Source: Raja brachyura
Lineage: Eukaryota
Length of the DNA: 64,000 nt
Assembly: GCA_963514005.1 (NCBI GenBank)
Contig: OY740782.1
Location: 122,636,001 to 122,700,000 of the forward strand
Direction of reading: 5' to 3'
The notes below the pieces were generated by a model that saw nothing but the letters and a program-made list of their open reading frames with translations, had not been told where the DNA came from and ran no database searches. Below, piece after piece: positions 25,771-39,886 of this stretch. The translations under genes and the position numbers were made by a program. Position 1 is the first letter of the stretch; every line of letters begins with the position of its first letter.

Positions 25771-26611
25771 GAATTTATCTTTATCTACTATCAGCTTTCA
25801 ATAATATTTTAAATCTTTTAATCAAATGATCCCCTAACTGTCTAAACTGCTGTGAATTTACTATATTCTGCTTACTTTCTCCTCATAATTTATACTCTGG
25901 AGTCCATGAATGATTCAAATGAATCGAATCTGCTCTCTAGACTATTAAATACTTTATTCGACTTTCAGCCTGGAAAATACACCCCATTGGAAGAAATATA
26001 TGTGTTTTGCATTGTATTATGTTCCTCTCCTAGTAAAATAGCATGCTGAAAATGAGTAACACAATTGCAAACGTTTCTGCCAATATATTAATTGTCTTGA
26101 GACACACTTTAAGCTTGTCTATGATGAAAATATTATGCTATAGTATTGCACTGGCATAGGTCCCAAATGCTAACATATACTGAACTAAAATACTGTACAT
26201 CCTTTTATTCAGTGTGAGTAATACTTATCGTGAACCATTCTCGTGAATTCCTGAAGTTTTGTTGTTTTATATTGCACCAATAAAATGAAATACAATAATT
26301 GATGAATGGAATTGTTTTTTCTAATTTCCTTTCACTTTGACATCAACCACCTCTGAATGTGTCGGAAGGAACTGCAATTACACCAAAGATAGACACAAAA
26401 TGCTCGAGTATCTCAGCGGGACATACAGTATTTCTGGAGAGAAGGAACGCTTAATGCGGTGTACCTCATATCTGATACAGGAAACCTCCTTCCACACTAC
26501 CAGAATAATATGATGCAATTCAGGATGAGCAAGCAACCATGCCAGCACGCTATTTCCATTTCACATCCACTAGTCACATAGCTGCAATGAATGTCACGGA
26601 CAACTTAGATA

Positions 26612-27258
26612 CGTAAAAACGTAGAAAATAGGTGCTGGAGGAGGCCATTTGGCCCTTCGAGCAAGCACTGGCATTCATTGTGATCATGGCTGATCATCCA
26701 CAATCAATAACCCGTGCCTACCTTCTCCCCATATCCCTTGATTCTGCTTGCCCATCAGAATGGCAGGCAATGTGGAGTGGTGCAAGGGATACTGATTGTG
26801 GATGATCAGCCATGATCACAATGAATGGTAGTGATCACACTATTTTCGCAGTTCACACTGCCACCAGGCTTTGTGTTATCTGCGAATTTGCTAGTGTTAC
26901 TTTTAATCCCATCATCTAAATCATATATATTGTAAATAGTTGCAGCCCCAGCACCGAGCCTTGCCTGCCATTCTGACAGGGACCCGTTTATTCGTACTCT
27001 TTGTTTCCTGTCTGCCAACCAATTCCCTATCCATGTCAATACCCTATCCCCAATACCACGTGCTCTAATTTTGCCCACTAATCTCCTGTGTGGGACCTTA
27101 TCAAAGGCTTTCTGAAAGTCCAGATACACTACATCCACTGGCTCTTCTTCATCTATTTTACTTGTCACATCCTCACAAAATTCCAGAAGATTAGTCAAGC
27201 AGGATTTCCCCTTCATAAATCCATGCCGACTTGGTCCAATCCTTTTACTGCTATCCAA
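26612..27258 (-). mobile_element. CR1 LINE RT fragment and rearranged 3' ends
   Basis: HGFMKGKSCLTNLLEF, VDVVYLDFQKAFDKVPHRRL, WIGNWLADRKQRV, KFADNT. Confidence 0.9.
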
Positions 27259-28950
27259 GTAAGAACTTAATTCTTACTGGAGTTAAATTATATCTTCTAC
27301 TTTAAATCCACTGGAAATGAGTTAGTGGCTATCTTTCTGTTTAGGACTGTTAGCAGCCCTCAGAGAGAGGACAGTGGTCTGGACTGAATTCAAACCAAGT
27401 TCCAGATGTAAAGGAACAATGTTCCAAGCCATTACACCTTTCCATGTTGTGCTATTTACATCAAAGGTCACGTGCACTTGTGAAATTACCCTTTCAGCAA
27501 ATTTTTGATTGGTGTCCTTATTAGAAATACTTTAAGCCTAGAAATAACGATGGGAATTATAGTATGTAAACATCCAATGTGCTTCACTTTCCCATTGCCT
27601 ATGACTTCATACTGATATATACTATATTTATAAAAAGAATTGCAGAAATAATGTACAAAAAGCTTTAAAATCAGTATTCTAATAACACCACAAAAAGAAG
27701 AATGCATAAGTGGAACCAGATTACAGCAATTTTAAAGTCATTATCTGTTTAGTCCGATCAGGCAGCACTGGCATCAAAAAAATGTTTTCCAGTCTGGCTC
27801 TGATCTCCACAGCTGCGTCCACAGTACGTTTTCTAACTGTCTACGTTAATCGACATCTCATGTGCACACACACCAGCAGCCAAATGTATTGTACACATTT
27901 TAAACAGAACTAAGTTTGGATAAAATTATTAGCAATAATTTTTGTTTCCCTTTAACAACTATTGAATGGTCCAACAGTGATAAAAACAATATATGACTGG
28001 GCGATCTGGTTATGGAGGAATCCTTTTTGATACTTTACATTTTTCAGAATTCAACATAACAGGCCAAGTTAATTCTTGGACATTGCCATGTTTTCAGAAT
28101 GTTCTCTAAATTAATAGCTATTTTCCCCCAATTCTTATGCTGTAAAGCCAAACATTAATTAAATCAGCATAACTTGATAATTCACTCAAGGCCAATGATT
28201 TTTCAAAAGGCAGAATGTATTGTAATGATTGATCTACAGTTCCAATACAGATCACATTCATGTGGAATGATATGGCATTGGATTATCTTGTGCACAAAGT
28301 TTGTCAAACAACATTGAACAAAACTGTTCAAAATACACATCTTCTTTGTATTAGTTAAATGTTTCAAAATTACTCACAAACAAATATGGAAGTCTGTCAT
28401 ATTGGTCATCTGGGGCAGACTTATTTTTTCAAATATCCACTTTCATCTTTATTTAATTGATAGCAATTTTTGTTTTTAAGTCTATGAAAGCCAAACACTG
28501 CCTGAGTGAGTCAACACAGTACAATAATTAAATCCAGGCAGTTTTTGATCAAAGGGTCCTATTCAGTCCTGGTAGTGAGATGTGATTATCATTAAATAAA
28601 CCCATTCAAAGATGTTGCAAGGAGAACTGATGCTCAGCACGTGCATGTAGATGCAACATCTGAGTGAACTGTGACCAGGTTTCAAAGTGCTTACATTTGT
28701 ATATTTCAGAATCAGAGTGCCAGCAATAGCAATAATGAGAGATGTGAGTCATCCACAAGGAATCAAAGACTCCTGCACATATTTACATACTTACACATAT
28801 TTACATGCACACACACATTTGCATACACATCTTATCCTCCGGTTAATAGCCTCCACGCTGAGTTCACATCGTCCTGGTGATAGGAGAATCACCAGTGTTC
28901 AGCCATTCGCACTAAACTAAATCCAGAAATTTGAGTCAAATCCCCCCCCC

Positions 28951-28973
28951 CACACACACACACACACACACAC
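28951..28973. repeat. (CA)n microsatellite preceded by a C-run
   Basis: Direct read. Confidence 0.95.
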
Positions 28974-30777
28974 GCCCTCCTACATGTTATTTTCACACGC
29001 AAGCTCATATTGGTCCAGGTGGGTGTCACTGAAAGACGGCCATATGTTTGGGGCGCCTTCATTGTTAACAGAATCCCAATTAAACTGTGGTTTCTATTTT
29101 ACTTGGCAATAAAAGATTGTGTTAGCAAGACCTAGTTACACAATGTCAAAATTAATTAAATGAATTTTAGGAAGTTATGGTCCAGTAGAATTACAAAATC
29201 GTTAGCTAATAGATAATTAGCAGCAGCAATAAATAAGTATGTGCCATGCCTACCGGGAACATCTGCTGCCAATGTGCTGGCTCTTGGATCAGTTACACAT
29301 TGCATTTGTCAGTGGAAAAAATGACTAATCAAGAAATTGCAATCTTACAAGGGAAAATAAAGTATTTAATTCGGTCCTGTAACAAACCTTTCATGGTTAA
29401 GGAACACTGTGAGGTCAATTATGCTAAATAATTTCATTTTTTTAGCATTAATTTAGCATTAAGCTGTCCATGATAGTTAATTTCCTAACTATGCCATTTT
29501 AGAAAACATCTAAATTTTATTTAACTGGACAAGTGAAATTATAATTATGAGATATTGTCAATCTTTACATTCACTATGTAAACTGTAACGGTCTTCACTA
29601 AATATGTCAGAAATAAATATTCATTAAGTTAGTATAATATAGACTGACAGAAGCAGTGTGAAACTAATGTAGAAAGTCGAAAATGGGAGAAGACAATTTT
29701 GGAACAAATTTAGGGCATATAGTATTCTTTAGTCATGTGAATTGGAAATGGAGGGCCTCTCTCTGTCTTGCACCTGAAAAATGAACATGTGTTCATTGAC
29801 AAGCCAAGTATAATAGTAAGACCCTGTAAGAAATATTGCCTTTACTTTATTTCTCTGAATGGTTCTTTGACTTTTGCTCATGTGGCTAGCAGCCAAATGG
29901 TACAAAAATGAGGAAATTTAACAAATAAGCGAAATAGATACCGAAGTGCAGAGTAGGGGAATTCCTAACATAGAGTATACATTAATGCATGATTTGGCTA
30001 AGAAGAAAAAAAACTATTGAATGCAATGGAATTCTGCTGCCTAGAATTCCAGTGACATTCATGCAGGCCCTCATAAAAGATCTTCAATTTTCCATTTAAA
30101 AAATGCTGAGAAATATCCAATTCTGCCTTTATCCTCCATATGGCCAAATACTTGTTCTCAGGATCTTAATTCTTGATGAGCTATCTGATCCGGGAGCAGA
30201 GCTTCATTTTTAGGTGGAATTATGGATAACTACAGAAATGAAAGCCAAAGGTAATATTTTCCTTGGGGGAAGAACCAATGGGAATAATTCTGTCAGCCTT
30301 TGGTTTGTTAAAATATATTGAGACCACATCACCCTCAAAATCTGGAGGTGAACCAAATGCAATATATATGTAACCAGATTGACATAAACTTTAAAACTTC
30401 TGATGCAAGCTTACTAAACTTTATTTTAAACTTTCTTAATAATTAGTAGGATGCTTTTAGGAAAGTCAATTTCAGTCATTGCAAAACCAATGCATTATTT
30501 TATTTTAGAACATAGCTTTGTGGTAATTACATCAGTGTATTGGTAATCCACAAAATCAGGACAATTCAGAAAACATGATCTTACCTGGTCTGACCTATGC
30601 GTAATTCCATAATGGTTGGCTTCTTATTGCTTTCAATTATCGCAAACCAATGCCAGTGGTTTATACAATTGTTCCACCCCCATCTTCTCAGGCCAATTAA
30701 GAATTATAAATTCTAACTAACCAGGTGTACCCATGTCACTTCAATTAATTTTTATAAAAAACAGGTAGCTGTATAAA

Positions 30778-30950
30778 TACATAGAAACATAGCAAAATAG
30801 ATGCAAAAGTTGGCCATTTGGCCCTTCGAGCCAACATTGCCATTCAATATGATCATGGTTGATCATCTAAAATCAGTACCTCATTCCTGCTTTTTCCCCA
30901 TATCCCTTAATTCCTTCAGCTCTAAGAGCTAAATCTAACTCTCTCTTGAA
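30778..30950 (-). mobile_element. CR1 3' end fragment
   Basis: (CATAGAAA)n tail and GGCCATTTGGCCCTTCGAG stem-loop, reverse orientation. Confidence 0.8.
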
Positions 30951-33271
30951 ATACCAGCTGTACCAAACAAGTCAACCAACAATTTCAAATCAGTGCCCCA
31001 AGTTTGACGGAAAAATTATTGTCCATTATCTAATATTTGAGTAATTGAAAAAAAGTTGATAATTATCATTAGTGGAAGAAATTTTGGGTGTTAACTTGGG
31101 CATGCTGGCTGCAATATTGTTTAAACCATTGACATTGATATGTTGCACAAATGCAAGGCTTGGAGATTTTATGATGTTCAATAGATTCTATTAGTGTTGC
31201 ATTTGCTAATGAGTCAATAGCTATGTCTGCATTGTCAAGGTTCAAGAAATTCAAGTTTAACTCTTACCTTTATAGGTTGCGTATTATGTCAGGGCTCTGT
31301 GAGAGGGATTGCTCTCTCCAGTAGTAGGAGATAAAAGATGATGTTGCCAGGCATCTATATTTTGACTCTGACAAAGCGAGGCTGAGGAAAGGTGTGTAAC
31401 AAAAATTCAAGTGAGATCAAAGAACATGAACCTCACTGAGAGTATGTTTAAATTGAACATTTAACAGTAAAGTTGAAAGAGAAATATTTTGTAGCCAGTA
31501 AAGAGATGGCTCACAACATTGGTGGAAAAATTCCCCCAGATGTGTGTATCCTAATCACTAAGGAGTTTGTCCTAATTTCCAAGGAGAATACACTGAAGAA
31601 GACCTTGGCAGTCTATCATTGTTATGGTTTAGTGTCAGCCTCCATTTTCATGTAAAAATACACTAGTGATGCAATTGTTTCCTACTATAGCGTTTGGAAG
31701 ATTGAGAACAGGTGTCAACCATCCAAGATCTTTATTGAAGGTTAAAACTGCCTTATGGGAATAAGAAATTAAGGAGGTCTCCAAGGCCTGCAATATATCT
31801 TGAGTAAAATTTAGTTACTTTTAAGGAATTGAAAATTAATGTTAATGTGTTATTTTAAGATGTAATGGTGGATAATCATTTGAATAATGTCCCTAATTTT
31901 GGGCGCACCTTAAACAAATCTGATATAGGATAGAGCTCCAGCAAAGCTTGTCAAATGTCAGAAGAATTTTGTGAGCTGTCATTTTGTTTAATACCTGATA
32001 GAGAGATCTAGCAGTATTGGGAAACAATTGATTCAATTGAAAGCATTGGCTGGGGATTAAAGTTTGGTTGCAATAGAAAAGCCAGTTTTCAATTGACTTA
32101 AGAGGAAGAGCAAATTGATTTTGCAAAGAATTACAGAGTATGGATGGATCATCTTGGTATAAAAATGTGCCTGTGTTTCTCAACATGTGCCAACTCTCTT
32201 TAAGATGCAAACACATTTCTAAACTGTTCATTGGTGAAATGTACATCTTCTGTCATTCATTAAAAACATATGCTGTGCAGGATGAGGGCTTACTTCTTTA
32301 TTGAAGGCTTTTGGTACTATTCTTCTGAGACCAAAGTTGGCTTCTTAATGGGTGGACATTTACTTTAAGTTTTTCATTGTATTAATGCACTGTTGCCCAT
32401 GTATTATGTTATGTTTTGCTTGGTGATCCCCCATCACTTGCATTTACAGTTTTATTTCCTCTAAATCTTTGCATTGTTTCTGGGTGATGTGGCTTCAATA
32501 TTGCTCCTTCTAAGAGGTGAGCCTGCAAAACCTAAATTTAATCAAAATCCTGGAAATTTGTAGCTTAAATGAAATAAACACCCTGATACAATAGCACACA
32601 GATTGGATCTTCACAAGGCTCGCAATCAGGTATAACAAATTTCACATTGTTCTTCATTCTTTGTTTTACTTTGACCACTATTTTCTCAGTCAGACACCTA
32701 TAATCCTTGATCAATGTATCAAAAGAAATTCCAGTTTCTTTTGGCCCTATTTATTTAACCAGAAGCATTAATAAGTAATCAGACCATGTACATTCTTTCC
32801 TCCAAGTTCTAATTTCATAAAATCTACCCAAACCCAAGCTGGAACTCTAGATTCCTGGAGTGAGATTTAGACTAACTCCCAAATTCTACACCCAACAGAA
32901 TTCAATAGTAAGGAATGTCAGGGAGGATTTTTTCTCTTCTTGACGTTGAGGTGATAAAACTTATTTTCCATTCCTCATCACAACGGACCTGACTTTCCCG
33001 TAATACTGGCTGTGCAAAATGTGCACCAGATAGATATTAATTCATTCCACGCCTTGACTTCATGGGACTCTGAATTCAACTTTACTCTCAAGGTAATTTC
33101 TTCTTATGTATTGCAATTGGCGGGTGTTACCTCCCTACAGTGGATAGAATTTTCTCCCTTTCACCAGGATAACCAACATTTGTGGCTTACCTAGATGACT
33201 TTCATTCATCCTATTTCAGCCTGGCCACAAACTTTAAAATCTTTAAGCTTTAAGCTTTAAAATCTCCATGA

Positions 33272-33800
33272 AAGTAAGTAAGTAAGTATGTTTATTGGCC
33301 AAGTATTCACATGTAAGGAATTTGCCTTGGTGCTCCGCCCACAAGTAACAACATGACATACAGTGACAGTTACGAATGACTCAGAAAACACTAAACATTA
33401 ATAATAATAAAACATTAATGATAAAGCACCATTGATACAAAATACCAGATCAAAGGGTGGCTACAGATTTTTGGCTGTTGAGTAGAGCAACTACTCGTGG
33501 AAAAAAATTGTTTTTATGTCTGGCTGTGGCAGCTTTGACAATCCGGAGTCGCCTTCCAGAGGGAAGTGATTCAAAGAGTTTGTGGCCAGGCTGAGAGGGG
33601 TCAGAGATGATCTTGCCCGCTCGCTTCCTGGCCCTTGCAGTGTACAGTTCATCAATGGAGGGAAGGTGGCAGCCAATAACCTTCTCTGCTGATCGGACGA
33701 TTCGCTGCAGCCTCCAGGTGTTGTGCTTGGTGGCTGAGCCAAGCCAGACCATGATGGAGAAGGTGAGAACAGACTCTATGATGGCCGTATAGAATTGGTA
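33272..33800 (-). mobile_element. Rex1/Babar-type LINE 3' fragment
   Basis: FYTAIIESVLTFSIMVW.GSA...LQRIVRSAEKVIGC.LPSIDELY..RARKRAGKIISDPS.PGHKLFE.LPSGRRLR...NFFP; (TTAC)n tail. Confidence 0.88.
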
Positions 33801-34879
33801 CGGAGGTAAAAGTGGAAATAGCTTTTCCTCCATTAGTTCAGTTTATTCAAATGTTAAGTGTTTAGATCATGTAAATAGAAATCTCCCAGATCTGAACATC
33901 AATGTGTTTTTATTGTTGGCTGGACAAAGATATAAACATTATAGTTGCCCTAGTAGTCCGGATGGAAGTGGTGAACCAGACACACTCCCACCTTCTCAGT
34001 TGGATATTGTATAAGGAGAGGAATGGACTAGGAGGTAATTCCACATGGTTTATTAATCTGCTAGAACTGCCTATGTTTACAAGTGAAGGATAATCACATT
34101 GATGAGCAAGAATTTAACAGCAAAGGAGAAAAAGGGGAAACAATGAAAAATTAAAAAATGTTGTAAAAAATTTCAAATACGACATAACGAGGACAAGAGT
34201 CTTGAATCAGCTTGCAGAATATAGATCTGGCAGACATACAGACATGCAATCCTTAGTAAGTATATTAATTTTAAGTTTGGGGAATGTGGGCTTAGTTACA
34301 TTTCATAGGTTAAGTGTCCAGGAAAACAGTGGTGAAATTCAGTCATTTTGTTTGGCAGAAGAACTTTGCGAAGCACAAAAGATTTTTCAAATATTCTAAA
34401 AGTCTATTCCACAAATCTACATGTAATCCCCACACTAATATAGCATCCAATTCAATTTTTTTTGAAAAATGATGTGCTGCAGACACCGTTTGGAAGTCCA
34501 CAAATAGGTGTTATTGATCCAAATTTCATGCTTTCGCATTTATGATATTTGCTGAAAGTCATTAGCTGGTTTATCCAAGCAAGCTGTTTGGACATATAAT
34601 ATATTGCGTATATTGCGTAGTTTCTGTTATTAATCACACACAATTACTCAGTTACCACATTTGAACTTTTACCATCAATAAGGATGTTAACCATTAAATG
34701 CAATGTGCATCTTGACTTGATACTCTCAGCAATATCTAGTTATGCTAATTTACAAGCAGAATATGCACATCTCAAACTATTTCACACAAAAGAAACTGTT
34801 CAAGGTGGTCACTTTGCCAGATAGTCAATGTCAGAAAGAAAGAAATGTGTTATCATTCTCAATCAAAGACGTTCATGGT

Positions 34880-36130
34880 GTCAAGTCAAGTCAAGTCAAC
34901 TTTATTTGTCACATACACATACAAGATGTGCAGTGAAATGAAAGTGGCAATGCCTGAGGACTGTGAAAAACAACAGAACAACAGAACAGAATAAATCAGA
35001 ACCAGTATTTACATTTTTAAAAAAAAGTCACAACAGTAAAATTAGAGTTTACAGTCCTAATTGCCTGTGGAAAGAAATTCCATCTCATCCTCTGTTTTTG
35101 CAGCGTGACAGCGGAGGCGCTTGCCTGATCGTAGCAGCCGGAACAGTCCGTTGCTGGGGTGGTAGGGGTCCCTCATTATGTTGCTGGCTCTGGATCTGCA
35201 CCTCCTGGTATATAGGTCCTGCAGGGGGTGGGGTGTAGTTCCCATGGTGCGTTCGGTCGAATGCATTACTCTCTGCAGAACCTTCCTGTCCTGGGCAGAG
35301 CTGTTCCCAAACCAGGTTGAGATGTTACCAGACAAGATGCTTTCTACAGCCCCAGAGTAGAAGCACTGAAGGATTCTCAGGGAGACTCTGAATTTCCTCA
35401 GCTGCCTGAGATGGTAAAGGTGCTGCCTTGCCTAACTCACCAATGTGGCAGTGTGGGTTGTCCATGAGATCCTCTGTGATGTGGACTCCCAGGTATTTAA
35501 AGCTGCTCACCCTATCCACAGTAGTCTTATTTATCTCCAGTGGCATGTACGTCCTCGGATCTAAAGTCCACAATCAGCTCCTTAGTTTTTGTGACATTTG
35601 AGAGGAGGCTGTTGCCCTGACACCAGAATGCTAGATCAGCCACCTCCTCCCGGTAGGCCTTCTAAACGTTATCGGAGGTCAGGCCCACCACCACAGTGTC
35701 ATCAGCAAACTAGATGATGGAGTTGGAGCTGAACCTGGCCACACAGTCATGTGTGTACAGGGAGTACAGTAGGGGGCTAAGGACACAACCCTGGGGGGAT
35801 TCTGTGTTCAGGGTGAGAGGGTTGGAGGTATGTCTCCCCATCTTGACCACCTGGGGCCTGCCAGGGAGAAAGTCCAGGACCCAGGCACACAGGGGAGTGT
35901 TCAGTCCCAGTTCCTGCAGCTTCTCAGCAAGTCTGGTGGGGACTATCGTATTGGAAGCTGAACTGAAATCAATGAACAGCATCCTCACTTAGCCCCCCTT
36001 CTGGCTGTCAAGGTAAGAGAGAGTGGTGTGCAGAACCTGGGAGACCGCATCATCCATGGATCTGTTCGGATGGTATGTGAACTGCAGCGGATCCATGGTG
36101 CAAGGGAGGAAAGCGCAGATGTGGTTCAGA
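34880..36130 (-). mobile_element. Rex1/Babar-type LINE, RT domain to 3' end, degraded
   Basis: [36 protein letters not shown]...[59 protein letters not shown]; (CTTGA)n tail at 34881. Confidence 0.9.
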
Positions 36131-36470
36131 TGTGTTTAACTGTCAATGTGGTATCTTTTAAAAAGCAGCCATTATTTTAACGTTGAAAGCATAACAGCCA
36201 ATTTATGTACAACATGGCAATGACCATATTGTTTAAAAACATGATGCTGATTAAGCAATACATTTTGGCTGGAAAATTGACTAAAACCCATGGTAGACCA
36301 AAATGCTGCAGAAACTCAGCGGGTGAGGCAGCATCTACGGATCAAAGGAAATTGGCAATGTTTTGGGCTGAAACCCTTCTTCAGCCAGATGTGAGGGTGG
36401 GGGGGGGGGGGGTTATGCTATAGGTTATCTTCCTTTTGTCGGGCATGGTGATCTCAGGAACAGTGATTTC

Positions 36471-36934
36471 TTTTTTTTTAAATATTTATTTTATTAGAAG
36501 CAATTGTACAAAGAGAAAGTAGTCGACATAACAGTTGTACAATCTTCGTACTGCTTCAATTTATGCTAACATTTGCTAACATTTGCTAACTGCTAACATT
36601 TTATAAACTAATAACTAAATCGGAAAAAAGGAATAAGGAAAAAAGGGAAAGAAGAAAAGGAAAAGAAAAGAAAGAATTTCGAGAAAGACAAGAAAAAGAA
36701 AAAAGAAAAATCCCAGAACCAACGAAGTAGTGAAAGAAGCGGAGATATATCCCACTACCCTTCCATACGCCCGCTCACCCAACCCTAGCGTCGATTTTGA
36801 GTTTGTGTTCAACCATTATGTTGTTGAAGAAATTCAATAAAAGGAGACCATATTTTGGAAAATTGATCTGGTTTGTCAGTCAAGACAAGCCTTATTTTTT
36901 GTAGATGTAGTGTTTCTGTCATTTCTGTGATAAG
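36471..36934 (-). mobile_element. 5'-truncated L1 3' end with target-site duplication
   Basis: Poly-T at 36471; minus-strand ...KPDQFSKIWSPFIEFLQQHNG* (L1 ORF2 end); TSD AGTGATTTC at 36462-36470 and 36935-36943. Confidence 0.8.
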
Positions 36935-36999
36935 AGTGATTTCAAATAAATAATGAAATGTCTGGAAAAAGTGGAAAACTCAATCCTAATCGAGGGAAT

Positions 37000-37250
37000 T
37001 AGTTCATAAGTTCATAAATTCTTGAAGCAAAATGAGGCCATTCAGTCCATCAAATCTACTCTGCCATTCAATCAAGGCTGATCTATCTTTCACTCTCAAC
37101 CCCATTGATAAGATCATGATCATAGGTGATAGGAGTTGAATCAGACCATTCGGCCCATCATGCCTACCCCACCATTCAATCATAGCTGATCTATCTTTCA
37201 CTCTCAACCCCTTTCTACTGCCTTTGCCCCGTGACACCCTTACTAATCAA
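37000..37250 (-). mobile_element. Two tandem CR1-type 3' end fragments
   Basis: Repeated CCATTCAATCA..GCTGATCTATCTTTCACTCTCAACCCC. Confidence 0.7.
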
Positions 37251-39084
37251 GAAAATTTCTAATTAAAAGTTACTAATCAAGAGTTTTGAAGGCTGTTCCC
37301 TCTCGGGGGATGAGTCAACCAGCAATGTGATGCCAACAGTGACTTTTATATTAACAGAGGGCCAGAAATGCCCTGGAATTTAGCTACGCCCAATGTTCCC
37401 CATTCCCCCAACTTATCTGCTCCAGAAAGTGGAGGCCAGTCATTGATGGCCTTCAGATGGTTCCACAGCTGAGCACAATGGCCCAGGATAATAGCAAGGC
37501 CTGGGTGATGAGAAAGGGTGATGTGGGCAGGCCTGAATGAGGCCTGTCCACAACTCTCCGGAAGCCATGGCACCAGCAAAGCCCCATCCCAACAGCACCA
37601 TTTACTAAAGCTGGTTTTTTTTTAAAGAGTTTTTTTAAAGTTTAAACTTTGTCAAAGTTTTTCAGTGTTTCTAAATTTCACTTCCTTTCAAACATAACTA
37701 AAAATCATTTAAAAAAACAACCAATGACTACAGAAAATTAAATGTTATTAAAGAAACATAAAATTCAACAGAAAAATAACTTTAAAAGACTTTAAAATAA
37801 TCATAAACAAAAACAAATAAATAAGTAAAAATCATAAATAAAAAACACAAATAATAAATATAAATAACTAACCAAACCATTCCTTTCTTCCCTATAACTG
37901 CCTATATGTGATTATATGCAACCCAATTAAAGAGCTCAGGACTAATTAACCTTTGTGCCATGCTCTCTTTCTCTCTCAGGGGATCAATCATTCTGGCCGA
38001 AGACCCAAAGAGAAAAGTTAACAGTAATCAATGCTCAGAGAAACAATGACCTGATACAATCTGGATCTGAAAGCAGATCCCCAAGTGGCAGCACACAGCC
38101 AGAAAACTGCCAGTGGGGCCAGCCCAGTAGGTTCAGGACTTCTGCATTTGCATTAGAGTCCCGAGACTCACCGGCACTTACAATGAGGAATACAGGCAGT
38201 TCTCTGCAAAACTGTTGGCAAAACATAGCAGAATCTGGGCCAGTCAATTAGAAGCTGAAACCCAAATAAAATATGTTTTTGAATATTAATATTTTAGGTG
38301 TGTAATGTAAACCTCTGTATGTTTATTTAAAATTTCTTGCAGGAAAAAAAACACTTGTAAAAGCTTGCTTTGTATTCATTGTTTCATTTTATTGGCTGTA
38401 TCATTTCACATAAAACGCAGTATATTAGCCTAGTTAAAAACAGCCTATTTTGTTTGCTTTATTGTTGCAATAGAAATAAAAATCAGCAAATTAATGGGCA
38501 TTTGGGCTAATATTTTATGTTTACAGCATCAGCAATGCCCGAAATTGCCTGAGGTAGGTAACACTGTAGTGTAGTTAGATCTCACTACTCAATTCTCCAA
38601 TATTTTCAGCAGATTCATCTAAATATATGGTCTTCCTAAACTGTAAGACGAAAAGGCAACCAACATCAAGATCTGGACCACTGGCCTAAAATCAAGATTA
38701 CTATAAACTTCAGTAATACCATGTGGTTTCATAAGTTAGCAAAATAAAAACAAAGAGATTAATTTGTATTCATGTGTAGGAAGGAACTGCAGATGCTGGT
38801 TTACCTGAAGATAGACACAAAATGCTAGAGTAATTCAGCAGGTCGGGCAGCATCTCTGAGGAGACGGAATGGGTGATGTTCCGGGTCAGAACCCTTCCTG
38901 AGATGAGAGTCAGGGGAGCGGGAGACTAGAGGTATGTGGAAGAGTATGGTATGAAAATGACAGATCAAAGTAAAAAAATGATCAAGGAAACGTAGAATGG
39001 ATTATTTTTAGATAAGGTGACAATGAGGCATGCAATCAGCAAAATGAATCAGGAGAACAGTAAAACTAATTAGAGAACTAAAAG

Positions 39085-39563
39085 TCCTGGGATGTCAGGA
39101 CTTTCATATGAAGAAAGACTGGATAGACTCGGCTTGTACTCGCTATATAGATTTTAGAAGATTGAGGGGGGATCTTATAGAAATTTACAAAATTCTTAAG
39201 CGGTTGGACAGGCTAGATGCAGGAAGATTGTTCCCGATGTGGGGGAAGCCCAGAACAAGGGGTCACAGTTTAAGGATAAGGAAGAAATCTTTTAGGACCG
39301 AGATGAGAAAAATATTTTTCACACAGAGAGTGGTGAATCTCTGGAATTCTCTGCCACAGAAGGTAGTTGAGGCCAGTTCGTTGGCTATATTTAAGAGGGA
39401 GTTAGATGTGACCCTTGTGGCTAAAGGGATCAGGGGGTATGGAGAGAAGGCAGGTAAGGGATACTGAGTTGGATGATCAGCCATGATCATATTGAATGGC
39501 GGTGCAGGCTCGAAGGGCCGAATGGCCTACTCCTGCACCTATTTTCTATGTTTCTATGTTTCT
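39085..39563 (+). mobile_element. Young CR1 3' fragment
   Basis: RRLRGDLIEIYKILKRLDRLDAGRLFP...TRGHSLRI...FRTEMRK.FFTQRVVNLWNSLPQKVVEA; (TTTCTATG)n tail. Confidence 0.9.
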
Positions 39564-39564
39564 A

Positions 39565-39886
39565 AAAGCCCTGTTCCACGATACGAGTTCATTCCAAGAG
39601 CTCTCCCGAGTTTTAAAAAAATCAAACTCGTGGTAAGCACGGAGAATGAACCTAGCGGGTACGTCGAAGCTCAGGGACGTCTCTTAGCGCTAACGGCAGG
39701 TACTCAGGAAGACTAGCTAATGGCAAGTAAGCGCGGGAAGACTCGTGAAGATTTTTCAACATGATGAATAATGTCCACGAGAGCCCCGAGTACCGACGAG
39801 TGGCCATTACTGTAAATCTCCGAGTTCGAATCAGGGCAAACTTGAGAGAACTCTTGGAATGAACTCGTACCGTGGGACAGGGCTTT
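39565..39886. mobile_element. MITE with ~47-bp TIRs (Harbinger-like termini)
   Basis: AGCCCTGTTCCACGATACGAGTTCATTCCAAGAGCTCTCCCGAGTTT versus the reverse complement of the right end (5 mismatches); flanked by TA/TWA; CpG-rich interior. Confidence 0.85.
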
